64,000 nt of DNA, taken from Selaginella moellendorffii (lineage: Eukaryota > Plantae > Lycopodiophyta). The notes under the pieces are model-generated. The model did not search any database and had not been told where the DNA came from. It worked only from the letters and a program-made list of their open reading frames with translations. The position numbers and the translations under genes were made by a program. Shown one piece after another: positions 39,961 to 48,461 of the stretch. Location of the stretch: the NCBI RefSeq assembly GCF_000143415.4, contig NW_003314262.1, positions 142,183-206,182 of the forward strand, written 5' to 3'. Each line of letters starts with the position of its first letter. Within the stretch, counting starts at the first letter, position 1.

Positions 39961-40807
39961 AAACAAAAAGAAACGATCGAGTCTTAAACTACACCTTGAA
40001 AAAATACCCCAGAGTGCACTGAAGCCAAGGACTATCTGGAGAATGGAGGCACAGATGAGAGCTCCCTGGATAGCTTTCATCGAGTGAAGAAACCTCTGAG
40101 AAGAACGATGGAAAACAAAACAAAATACCACTTTCAGGGTCAGCTTTGGATCAGAAGAAAGAAAAATGGATTTTTTTTTGTACCTCGCGATCGTCTGTGA
40201 TGGCTCGCAGCTTGGGAGAGTTGATGATGCTGAATATGGGGAGAATGTAAGCGTAGGAGCCCCCCACAATGGCCGGAAGCCTGGTTCCAAGGAAGGACCA
40301 TTTTGATCTTCTCCGTGATGAAACCACTCAATCGCTCGATCGATCGCTCGACCGCTGCTCGCAGCTTTGCTCGTCTCTTCCTTTCTTCCTTGCGGCAGAA
40401 GAAACAAAAACAAATCTAAAGAGGAAGATAGTGCCACCGTAGGGAACTCGCGTCTTCTGTCTTACCGTAACTAGTGGTACTGTTACATCGTAAGCCGGGT
40501 CGGCATTTCGTGGCGGAATGTCGAGAGGCAACGCGACTGGATCTTTTGGTGGGGATATTCCGGGCTAGCGTTACGGGTTAAAGTAATCATCAGCGAATTC
40601 TTTCAACGGTAACTTTCGACGCGAGCCAAAGATCGAGAAAATTAAATCCTTGCATGGTTTTTACGGCGGCCAACTTTTCCAAGATATGAATATCGGGCTC
40701 TGTGATGTCGATGAATCGCAATATTTATTTTGATGCATGTAAGCAGAGCATGAGCATGAAATTTAACAGTGACAAAATGCTACTTTATCAACTTTCTGGC
40801 ATCTGGA
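39961..40807 (-). pseudogene. Truncated 5' duplicate of the NAT gene including about 500 bp of upstream region
   Basis: Matches about 10093-10433 and 10894-11427. The ~460 bp between them is deleted, so the ATG joins a later exon out of frame ('MVLPWNQASGH'). Confidence 0.93.
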
Positions 40808-40866
40808 ATCTCTAAGCATTCCTATTTCGTTTTGTAGTTTTATAATATAAATTTAGCTAGCTTAGC

Positions 40867-43368
40867 TTAGCGTGCTTCCAGAAACGACTGTGTCTCGAGA
40901 GGAATGGAGCTCGAGTTACCAGTTCCAGCTTCGTGATCAAGTGGTGTTGGAAATGGTGGAACCGCAACCTCGGAGCTGTTGTCCTCGAGCATCTGGATAA
41001 CCCGGCTCATGCTGGGCCTCAAATTCGCATCGAGCTGGATGCACCAGAACGCAGTCTTGAGCATCCTCTCAAACTGGCTCCACTCGACACTCGTGACAAG
41101 CTTTGGATCCACAATGCTCTCAAACTCTCCCGCCATGTACTTCTGGAAAGCCCACACGGAGAAAGAAGTGTTCTGGCCGGATCTTGACTTGTCATGGCCG
41201 CTTAGAAGCTCGAGCAGCACCATTCCGTAGCTGTAGACGTCCACTTTGGTGGTGATGGGCCGATTGCTGATCCACTCGGGCGCCAAGTATCCTCGAGTTC
41301 CTCGGATGGTGGTCACGTTGAGAGCCATCTCCCTCTTGGTCAGCTTTGCAAGGCCAAAGTCCGCCACCTTTGGGCACAAGTTTTGGTCGAGGAGGATGTT
41401 TTGTGGCTTGATGTCGCAGTGGAGAATGCACTCGTAGCACTCCTCATGCAAGTAGGTGATGCCCCTTGCAATGCCCATAGCAATGGAGTATCTGAACAAG
41501 AGAGTGAGTTTAACCTTAGGACTTTGCGATTTTCTATGACAATACCTGGTTTTCCAAGGAGCTCTTATCGACGTCAACACTTTGTCCAGCGATCCATTGG
41601 TCATGTACTCGTAAACCAGAACCCTGTGGCTGCCCTCGACACAGTAGCCCAAGAGTTTAACCAAGTTGACGTGATGAATCGTTCCAAGAGTGGCAACCTC
41701 GGCTTTGAACTGGTTTTCTCCGTGAGTGGCAACCTCTAGAGTCTTCACAGCCACCACTGTTTTGTCCGGAAGGACACCCTTGTAGACACTCCCAAATCCA
41801 CCGGAGCCGAGTTTGTGACGGAAGTTCCCAGTAGCAATTTCCAGTTGCTCGTATGAGAATCTCGTCGGCCCATGGTGATCACCAGCATGTTTGTTCCACA
41901 TTTTCTTGTTAGATCTTCGCCAACACATCGACGTTGCTATCACAACGCAGCACAGGATCACAAATTCCCCCACCGCCACACCAAACACGAGTGCTCGAGA
42001 AGCCGTGAAGAACTTGGTGCCGCTAGACTTGCGACTGTCCGCTTGATATAGATCGCTGGCATTCATGCTCGTGACAAAGAGGTTTTTCATGTCGTTTGGA
42101 TCGGCTTGTGCGCGTGTGTCCGAGGCCGAGAGTTTGATGAGAGCGATGGATGCCTTTTGTGGCGACTGGACAATGTTGTATGGAGTGCTGCCACCTTTCC
42201 TTAGCCGGCATTGCCCCGAGCCGTCAAGCGTGTAGGCAGCACCAACGCACTGGCAATCGTCCAAGCAAAGTTTCTTGCACTGCTCCAAGGACATGCTGGA
42301 GTTTAAACCGACGATGTAACCACTTCCAAGAAAATCGGCTCGAGCTAGCTCCACCATCTTGCTGTTGCTACAGTTCAATGGAAAGTTGTAGCTGCATCCC
42401 GGAAAATCGCCATCGAGCTGACCACTGCTCCTATCACGTACAGTATGAAATCCTGGGGGGCAAACGCACGACTTCCTGGGCTGGTACTTGCAAAGCCCGA
42501 AATTTCCACACGTCCCAAACACATCGCACTCGAGCAGTAGCGATTGCCACACAACTCTCCAGAGAGATCTCTCTCCATATGTGCTGTAGCTCCGCAAAGT
42601 TCCATTCTTTTCCAGCGTGAGCCTCCGCAAGACGCTGCTGTTTCCGTAGTCTATCGGGTACCGCTGCGCGTTGTCATACTTGTAGCGATACCAAGAGCTT
42701 CCATTTGCGTCGAAAAACTCGAGACTTCCATTCCTGTTGAAGGTGAGCCTGGGGATGGAGTTTTTCATCGTCACGTCAAGATCCTTGTTGAGAACACTCC
42801 AGTAGGATTCATTCGCTGAAAAGCCATCAAAGTAGAGGCCAACACTGCTCTTATTCATGCTCAGTCTATACTTTCCGGAGACCAGCGTCATGTTTCCAAC
42901 CAGATCTTGCTCGGGAAGAATTGTATCTGTTGGTGAGTCGAAGCTCTGCCAGAGCCTTGTTCCATTGCCGAGCAGCACAAGGTTTCCATTTTCCTCCAGA
43001 GAAGCTACGGTGACAGAGCAACGATTGTTGCATCGCAGATTTGAAGTCCACACGGGCTTGGAAGCGTCTGTGACGACGAGACCAGTTGCGGTGAGCTCGA
43101 GAACTCCATTTCTGCTTACGCTTACTCTCTCTTTCGTGCTTGCGCCATTGTCTAGCGTGGCTTCCCAGACGACAGTTCCTGTGCTTTGGTACCAAATTGC
43201 GAGAGTGGACATACCACTAGTAGTGCTGTAGAAGCCGAATGCGAAAGTGTTCCCACGAGAAATCCATGGTGGGTTTCCGGCACTGAGCTTTTCTCCCAGT
43301 TGAACTGCTCTGGAAGATAGAACGGATGAGAGTGTAGCGATCAGCACTAGGGAAAGAGCTTTTGCCAT
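40867..43368 (-). CDS. G-type lectin S-domain receptor-like kinase B (non-RD); probable 54-nt intron at 41492-41545
   Basis: ATG at 43368 ('MAKALSLVLIATLSSVLSS'), lectin/SLG/EGF/PAN/TM domains, and kinase motifs GSGGFG, HCDIKPQN, DFG, GYLAPE. Confidence 0.95.
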   Translation of the reverse strand: MAKALSLVLIATLSSVLSSRAVQLGEKLSAGNPPWISRGNTFAFGFYSTTSGMSTLAIWYQSTGTVVWEATLDNGASTKERVSVSRNGVLELTATGLVVTDASKPVWTSNLRCNNRCSVTVASLEENGNLVLLGNGTRLWQSFDSPTDTILPEQDLVGNMTLVSGKYRLSMNKSSVGLYFDGFSANESYWSVLNKDLDVTMKNSIPRLTFNRNGSLEFFDANGSSWYRYKYDNAQRYPIDYGNSSVLRRLTLEKNGTLRSYSTYGERSLWRVVWQSLLLECDVFGTCGNFGLCKYQPRKSCVCPPGFHTVRDRSSGQLDGDFPGCSYNFPLNCSNSKMVELARADFLGSGYIVGLNSSMSLEQCKKLCLDDCQCVGAAYTLDGSGQCRLRKGGSTPYNIVQSPQKASIALIKLSASDTRAQADPNDMKNLFVTSMNASDLYQADSRKSSGTKFFTASRALVFGVAVGEFVILCCVVIATSMCWRRSNKKMWNKHAGDHHGPTRFSYEQLEIATGNFRHKLGSGGFGSVYKGVLPDKTVVAVKTLEVATHGENQFKAEVATLGTIHHVNLVKLLGYCVEGSHRVLVYEYMTNGSLDKVLTSIRAPWKTRYCHRKSQSPKVKLTLLFRYSIAMGIARGITYLHEECYECILHCDIKPQNILLDQNLCPKVADFGLAKLTKREMALNVTTIRGTRGYLAPEWISNRPITTKVDVYSYGMVLLELLSGHDKSRSGQNTSFSVWAFQKYMAGEFESIVDPKLVTSVEWSQFERMLKTAFWCIQLDANLRPSMSRVIQMLEDNSSEVAVPPFPTPLDHEAGTGNSSSIPLETQSFLEAR

Positions 43369-43781
43369 AGTTCCAGTGAAGAACAAAGATAAGGCACTGA
43401 CCTTGAGTATTTACACAATACCATCTGCCGTGTTAGACTAGCAACCTGGAACTTGGAAAAAGCCAAAACATAATGCAGGCCATCTCGCTCGAGAAGGCCC
43501 ACACAAAGCGAGTCAAGTCTTTGGAATATTCACTAGATCAGTCTAGATGAAGGTCCACAAGCTGAGATCTTGTTCCAAGCTACAGATATAAGATTCCCAC
43601 AAACCACTCTCTCTGCCGTGTCAAACACTTCCACCTTGTCAAAGATGGGCCCCATTGTTTTTGCTTTTGAAGAAGTGCGTCTGTGACGACGATGACTCGC
43701 TTTAGAGCACGTCTAGTCTTCAAGAGATGTACCTTAGTTAACACGGGTGGCTTGTTTGACTCCCTCTTCTGGCTTGCTATC

Positions 43782-45263
43782 ATGGAAGGAGTAACAATCT
43801 TTGCCGTCTCCACCACTCTGCTGCTACATTTCTATCTCTTGGCATTGAATTTTGTTCGCGCGGAGTCAGGTGATATCCACCTCGGCCAAGGCATTGAAGT
43901 TGGAGAGTCTTGGGTTTCGGAGGGACGCATTTTTGCTGTAGGTTTCAAGTCGATCGCTGACAGTAAGCGCTTCAGCCTCGCGATTTGGTATGTGTTTGAC
44001 CCCGATACGATAGTTTGGACAGCCAAGTCCCTCGGCAGCGATCAGCCACTTCTTGTCACTGAAGATGCGAATCTTATCCTCACCAACGATGCACTTCTTG
44101 TCAACCAGGGAAGCGCAGAAAATGTTCAATCTGTGTGGAAGACAGTGATTATCTCATGTGATCAGTGCATCTCCAAGGCCAGGATGTCCGACACTGGAAG
44201 CTTCATGATGCTTGATGCCCACGATGGAATACTGTGGCAAAGCTTTGATTCTCCAACCAACACCCTCCTTCCTAACCAACAGCTCGTCGGATCAATGACC
44301 CTTGAGGCAGGAAAGTATAGCTTGGAACTTAATCCCATTCAAGTCATGCTCCGATACAAGGAATATCTCACACAGCCATACTGGACCATCACCAACACCA
44401 ACTTATCTATTGTCAACATTTCCAGTCTTGACATACTCCCTCGGTTCAACATGAGTGGTGATGGCGTTCTCACTTTCTACGACGGCACTGGGAACTCTTG
44501 GGACAGTTCTACGATCTATGCAATTGACCACAAGGGCAGTAGTGTTCTTACTAGGAGGCTCACTCTGGATGCCGATGGAAGCCTTAAGATGTTTAGTGTG
44601 GATCGCAATTCTTCGTCATGGATCACAGTTTGGACAGCTGTGTTTATGGAGTGTGACATATTCGGAGCTTGTGGGCAGTTTGGGATTTGTACCTATACAC
44701 CTGAAAAGACTTGCAGATGCCCTCCAGGATTTCACAGGATCAATGAAACTGATCCCTTAGCTGGATGTGCTTACGACATTCCTTTGCATTGCAACGCAAC
44801 CAATAACAAGTTTGTTCGTATTTACCGGGCAGATTACCCCTGGAATGACTACAACTTTGATGCTAAGCTTGTCATGCCCCTTCAAGGTTGCATGGAAAGT
44901 TGTTTGAAGGATTGCAACTGTTTGGCAGCTGCTTACAAATATCAAGGGACAGACCTCTGCTTTCACAAGGGAAATGCTGGGAAGCTTTTCAATGGCATCC
45001 AGACAGCATTTCTAGAAAACTTTGTTCTTCTCAAAGTGGCAGGAGAATCACAAGTTGAAGGTTTTGCATACTCAGGTGATCTGAACAATATTGATGCTTT
45101 TGTCACAGATACAGAAGAAATAATGTTAGTTTATGGAAGTAGGACCCCAAAAAACAGCACCAGTCGAAAGCATATATATTATGCTCTCTTGGCAATTGCA
45201 ATTACAGAAGGAGTTTTTATACTTGCAATCACTATGGTCTGGATGATAAAAATGAAGAATTAA
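43782..45263 (+). CDS. S-domain receptor-like protein: full ectodomain plus TM, no kinase
   Basis: First ATG at 43782 ('MEGVTIFAVSTTLLLHFYLLALNFVRA'). Contains 'WQSFDSPTNTLLP', 'RRLTLDADGSL', 'CDIFGACGQFGIC', 'CMESCLKDCNC' and TM 'YALLAIAITEGVFILAITMVWMI', then 'KMKN*'. Uninterrupted ORF. Confidence 0.88.
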   Translation: MEGVTIFAVSTTLLLHFYLLALNFVRAESGDIHLGQGIEVGESWVSEGRIFAVGFKSIADSKRFSLAIWYVFDPDTIVWTAKSLGSDQPLLVTEDANLILTNDALLVNQGSAENVQSVWKTVIISCDQCISKARMSDTGSFMMLDAHDGILWQSFDSPTNTLLPNQQLVGSMTLEAGKYSLELNPIQVMLRYKEYLTQPYWTITNTNLSIVNISSLDILPRFNMSGDGVLTFYDGTGNSWDSSTIYAIDHKGSSVLTRRLTLDADGSLKMFSVDRNSSSWITVWTAVFMECDIFGACGQFGICTYTPEKTCRCPPGFHRINETDPLAGCAYDIPLHCNATNNKFVRIYRADYPWNDYNFDAKLVMPLQGCMESCLKDCNCLAAAYKYQGTDLCFHKGNAGKLFNGIQTAFLENFVLLKVAGESQVEGFAYSGDLNNIDAFVTDTEEIMLVYGSRTPKNSTSRKHIYYALLAIAITEGVFILAITMVWMIKMKN

Positions 45264-45322
45264 ATTCAATACACTATATTATTTGCAATTACTTTTCAGC
45301 AAGAACTACATGTTTTAAAATC

Positions 45323-47764
45323 CTAACATAAGTCTTGATCAAATATCTTGTTCTCCGGATCATTGTGTTCCAGCAGCTGCACTATACGGCTCATAGAGGG
45401 CCTTGAACTTGGGTTTTGCTGGATGCACCACAATGCAACCTTCAGCAACAACTTAAACTGCGGCCAATCAGTCTCTGCCATCTCCATCTTTGGATCTGCA
45501 ATACATTGTAGCTCTGAGGCTATGTACTTCTGAAAATAGTCCTCCATTCCTGAGGGAAAGCTTTCGAAGCTTGTTCCAGCCAATTCGTTGAAAATCATCT
45601 TATTTGTTCCACTGAGGATGTCAAAAAGGAGCATTCCAAAGCTATAAACATCGATCTTGGGGGTGACCGACAGACCATCCAGCCACTCGGGTGCCAAATA
45701 ACCCCGGGTTCCCCTTACAGTCGTCACGCTCATGGAGTGCTCTCTTTTAGTCAGCTTGGCTAGACCAAAGTCGGCAATCTTTGGACTCATTTGATCATCC
45801 AGAAGTATGTTTTGTGGCTTGATGTCGCAATGTATAATACACTCCTGGCATTCCTCGTGTAAATAAGCAATGCCTTTTGCTATGCCAAGTGCTATAGAAA
45901 ACCGAGTCTGCCAACTCGAGTCAGAGGAGCCTGAATTACTGGATAGATAATTGTCGAGTGAACCATTTGGCATGAACTCGTAGACAAGGAGCCTGTGAAC
46001 ACCCTCCACACAGTAGCCAAGCAGACGTACAAGATTAACGTGATGTACCTTTCCAATAGTATTCACTTCCGCCTTGAACTGCTTCTCTGCATGAGTAACA
46101 GCTTTGATCACCTTGACTGCCACAATACCACCTTTTTCAGGTATTTCACCTCTGTAGACGGTTCCGTATCCACCAGAGCCTAGCGTCTCCTCAAAGTTAT
46201 TGGTGGCCTCTTGGAGTTGTTTGTACGTGAACTTGGTAGGAGAACCCTCAATCTCTGCTGTTAAAGCCTCCCATTCCTTTCGAGATCTGCGCTTCCACAT
46301 CGAGAACATGGCAACTCCAATAGCAGCAAAAGCAACTAATTCTGCAGTGGCGATGGCTATGACAACTGAGTGAAGGTGCATAGAAAGGTAACTTTCTTTG
46401 TGATGAGCAGTGAAAATGTTGCTCAGTGTTGCATTTGTGTTCGACATGAAGTAATCATAATGGTCATCAGCAGCTAGTTTGTCGTTGATGGATACTTTCA
46501 TGTACACAAGGTTGGGCTTGTCAAACGACTGCATCCCATTGTAGAGTCTATCCTGTCCCCCCTTGAGGAAGCATAGACTATCACCGTCTTGAGCCTTGTA
46601 TGCAGCTGCTAGGCACTGACAATCTTTTAGACAATTGGCCTTGCATTGCTCCAAAGTTGTGACGGCAGCGTCAAATCTATAGTCACTGTAGTAGTAGTCG
46701 GCTCGGGTGGCCAAGACAAGCTTTGTAGGATGCTCACAGTCCATAGGAACATTATAATCACAACCCTGAGAATCATCGATGGGATCAACACGATGGAATC
46801 CAGGAGGGCAGCTACAAGTCTTTTTTGGTCGATAGGTGCAAAGGCCAAAAGCTCCACAGGCTCCAAAGACATCACATTCCTGCATAAGTGCTTGCCAAAC
46901 AATACTCCAGGACCTGGTGTCGTTTGAGAAGCTATACATTCTCAGATTTCCATCGTCATCTAGCTTAAGCCTCCTCAAAACGTTCGAGATTCCATAATCC
47001 AGTGCATATTTGTGAGAATTTTCAGTTCCTATGCCAGTTGCGTCATAATACGATAAAACTCCATCAGAGCTCAAGTTGAGAACTGCTGGAAAACGTAAAG
47101 ACCCATCAGTCTGGCACTGTATGTTACTGTTGACTTGCTCCCCAGTATCATCAATAAGGCACGTTTGCGAACTGTTAACAGCAGGATTTGCTATGTACCA
47201 GTATCTCTGAGGAATGACAAACTTCTTGTTATTGTTCCTCAGGAAAACCTGACCCCTGTTGAGCTGGAGTGCATAGTTTCTCGACTGAGAGAACAGAATT
47301 TTAGTATCAGAAACCGTTTCTGTGTGAAATTGTTGTTCAGGCAAGATGGTGGTGGTGGGAACATCAAAACTTTTCCATGCAAATTGCTCATTCTCTCCAT
47401 AGACCACCAAGTTGCCAGTCTCTAAAAGAGAAGCACCTTTGGCCTGTCCAGAATTAGTTCGCCACAGAATGGAAGCTCGATCGATGATGACGAGTCCACC
47501 ATCAGACCTGAGCTGAAGCTGTGCGCTTCCACTGGCATGGACAAACTGCCCGTTATCAGTAGTTGCCATCCAAACAATTTCTTCAGGATCGATCTGGTAC
47601 CATATTGCTAGATTGTAGGCCTCGTCCATTAGACGAAAACCAAGAGAAAAAGTACCTCCAGATGAATTCCACTGGCTTCCCAGCTTGAGACTGCTCCCAA
47701 TCTCTATTTCCATTGCACTGCACGCAATTGCAAAGGCGACAAGGAGTAAAAACGCTAATGCCAT
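45323..47764 (-). CDS. G-type lectin S-domain receptor-like kinase C (non-RD), 813 aa, intronless
   Basis: Signal 'MALAFLLLVAFAIACSA', ectodomain motifs, TM, and kinase motifs GSGGYG, VAVK, HCDIKPQN, DFG, GYLAPE. Confidence 0.95.
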   Translation of the reverse strand: MALAFLLLVAFAIACSAMEIEIGSSLKLGSQWNSSGGTFSLGFRLMDEAYNLAIWYQIDPEEIVWMATTDNGQFVHASGSAQLQLRSDGGLVIIDRASILWRTNSGQAKGASLLETGNLVVYGENEQFAWKSFDVPTTTILPEQQFHTETVSDTKILFSQSRNYALQLNRGQVFLRNNNKKFVIPQRYWYIANPAVNSSQTCLIDDTGEQVNSNIQCQTDGSLRFPAVLNLSSDGVLSYYDATGIGTENSHKYALDYGISNVLRRLKLDDDGNLRMYSFSNDTRSWSIVWQALMQECDVFGACGAFGLCTYRPKKTCSCPPGFHRVDPIDDSQGCDYNVPMDCEHPTKLVLATRADYYYSDYRFDAAVTTLEQCKANCLKDCQCLAAAYKAQDGDSLCFLKGGQDRLYNGMQSFDKPNLVYMKVSINDKLAADDHYDYFMSNTNATLSNIFTAHHKESYLSMHLHSVVIAIATAELVAFAAIGVAMFSMWKRRSRKEWEALTAEIEGSPTKFTYKQLQEATNNFEETLGSGGYGTVYRGEIPEKGGIVAVKVIKAVTHAEKQFKAEVNTIGKVHHVNLVRLLGYCVEGVHRLLVYEFMPNGSLDNYLSSNSGSSDSSWQTRFSIALGIAKGIAYLHEECQECIIHCDIKPQNILLDDQMSPKIADFGLAKLTKREHSMSVTTVRGTRGYLAPEWLDGLSVTPKIDVYSFGMLLFDILSGTNKMIFNELAGTSFESFPSGMEDYFQKYIASELQCIADPKMEMAETDWPQFKLLLKVALWCIQQNPSSRPSMSRIVQLLEHNDPENKIFDQDLC

Positions 47765-47819
47765 GGCAAGAAAGAGTGGTGCGTAAGAGTCACGCAGATA
47801 GTCCTTTAAAGTCTCTGCG

Positions 47820-47857
47820 TGCTTGACTTAAAGTCAAGTTATTGACTGTCAGTCATA
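47820..47857. promoter_or_regulatory. W-box cluster upstream of kinase C
   Basis: 'ttgacttaaagtcaagttattgactgtcagtca': an inverted TTGACT pair, a third TTGACT, and two more GTCA cores. Confidence 0.55.
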
Positions 47858-48084
47858 CCTGTGTTCTGGGACCTCCTAGGAGACTTTTTTCTTGTGACAG
47901 AAAAAGAAGGAAAAGAGAACGTGCCCAAACAATGTTAGAAGTATTCTATAATGGAGTGTAGACCACGGCTTCTAGAGTCCTAGAGCACACCCACAGACCC
48001 TTAGCGACCAACAATAATATTATTTATGCTCCATCAAAGCAGATAAATAGAAATAATATATTATAATAAAGGTCATTGTGTTCT

Positions 48085-48285
48085 CGAATGGGCCTCGAAC
48101 TTGGGTGTTGCTAAATCCACAAGGCAATCTTTAGCAACAATTCACAGTTTCAGAAATTTCCATCTCTGGACATTTTAGCTCCGAGGCCATGTACTTCTGG
48201 AAAGCCCATGCCAAATCCTGAGGCAAGGCTTTCTAAGCTTGTTTCATGGCTCTCTGAAAATCATCTTGTTTTTCCACAGAGGCTT
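48085..48285 (-). pseudogene. C-terminal kinase fragment related to kinases C and B
   Basis: Similar to 45400-45620 ('gggcct.gaacttggg', 'atgtacttctg.aaa', 'aagcttgtt', 'aaaatcatctt'). Confidence 0.65.
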
Positions 48286-48461
48286 GTGGGTGATCGACTC
48301 CCCTGCTCTCATGAAATGCATGTATAGCGCAGCCAATGGTATCTTTTGTGTAGGATCCACACACCATTAAAGCGCATTATCGGTCTAAACAAAGGGCAAT
48401 GGAGTTTTTAAACCCTAGAGAATATGCCCGAGATTTAGGGTCTGGCGATGGCTGCTGATAG

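Noticed and set aside
39382-40437. 351-aa minus-strand ORF
   Set aside because: Read-through of NAT UTR, introns and antisense PPR sequence from a non-ATG start; not a credible protein.
15153-47764. Orthology to the Brassica self-incompatibility S-locus (SRK/SLG/SCR)
   Set aside because: The kinases are non-RD and essentially intronless, unlike SRK, and I found no SCR/defensin-like small Cys-rich secreted ORF. Only the architecture is analogous.
48410-48420. Telo-box-like AAACCCTA upstream of the PPR (similar motif near 51972)
   Set aside because: Common short motif; too weak to call without expression data.
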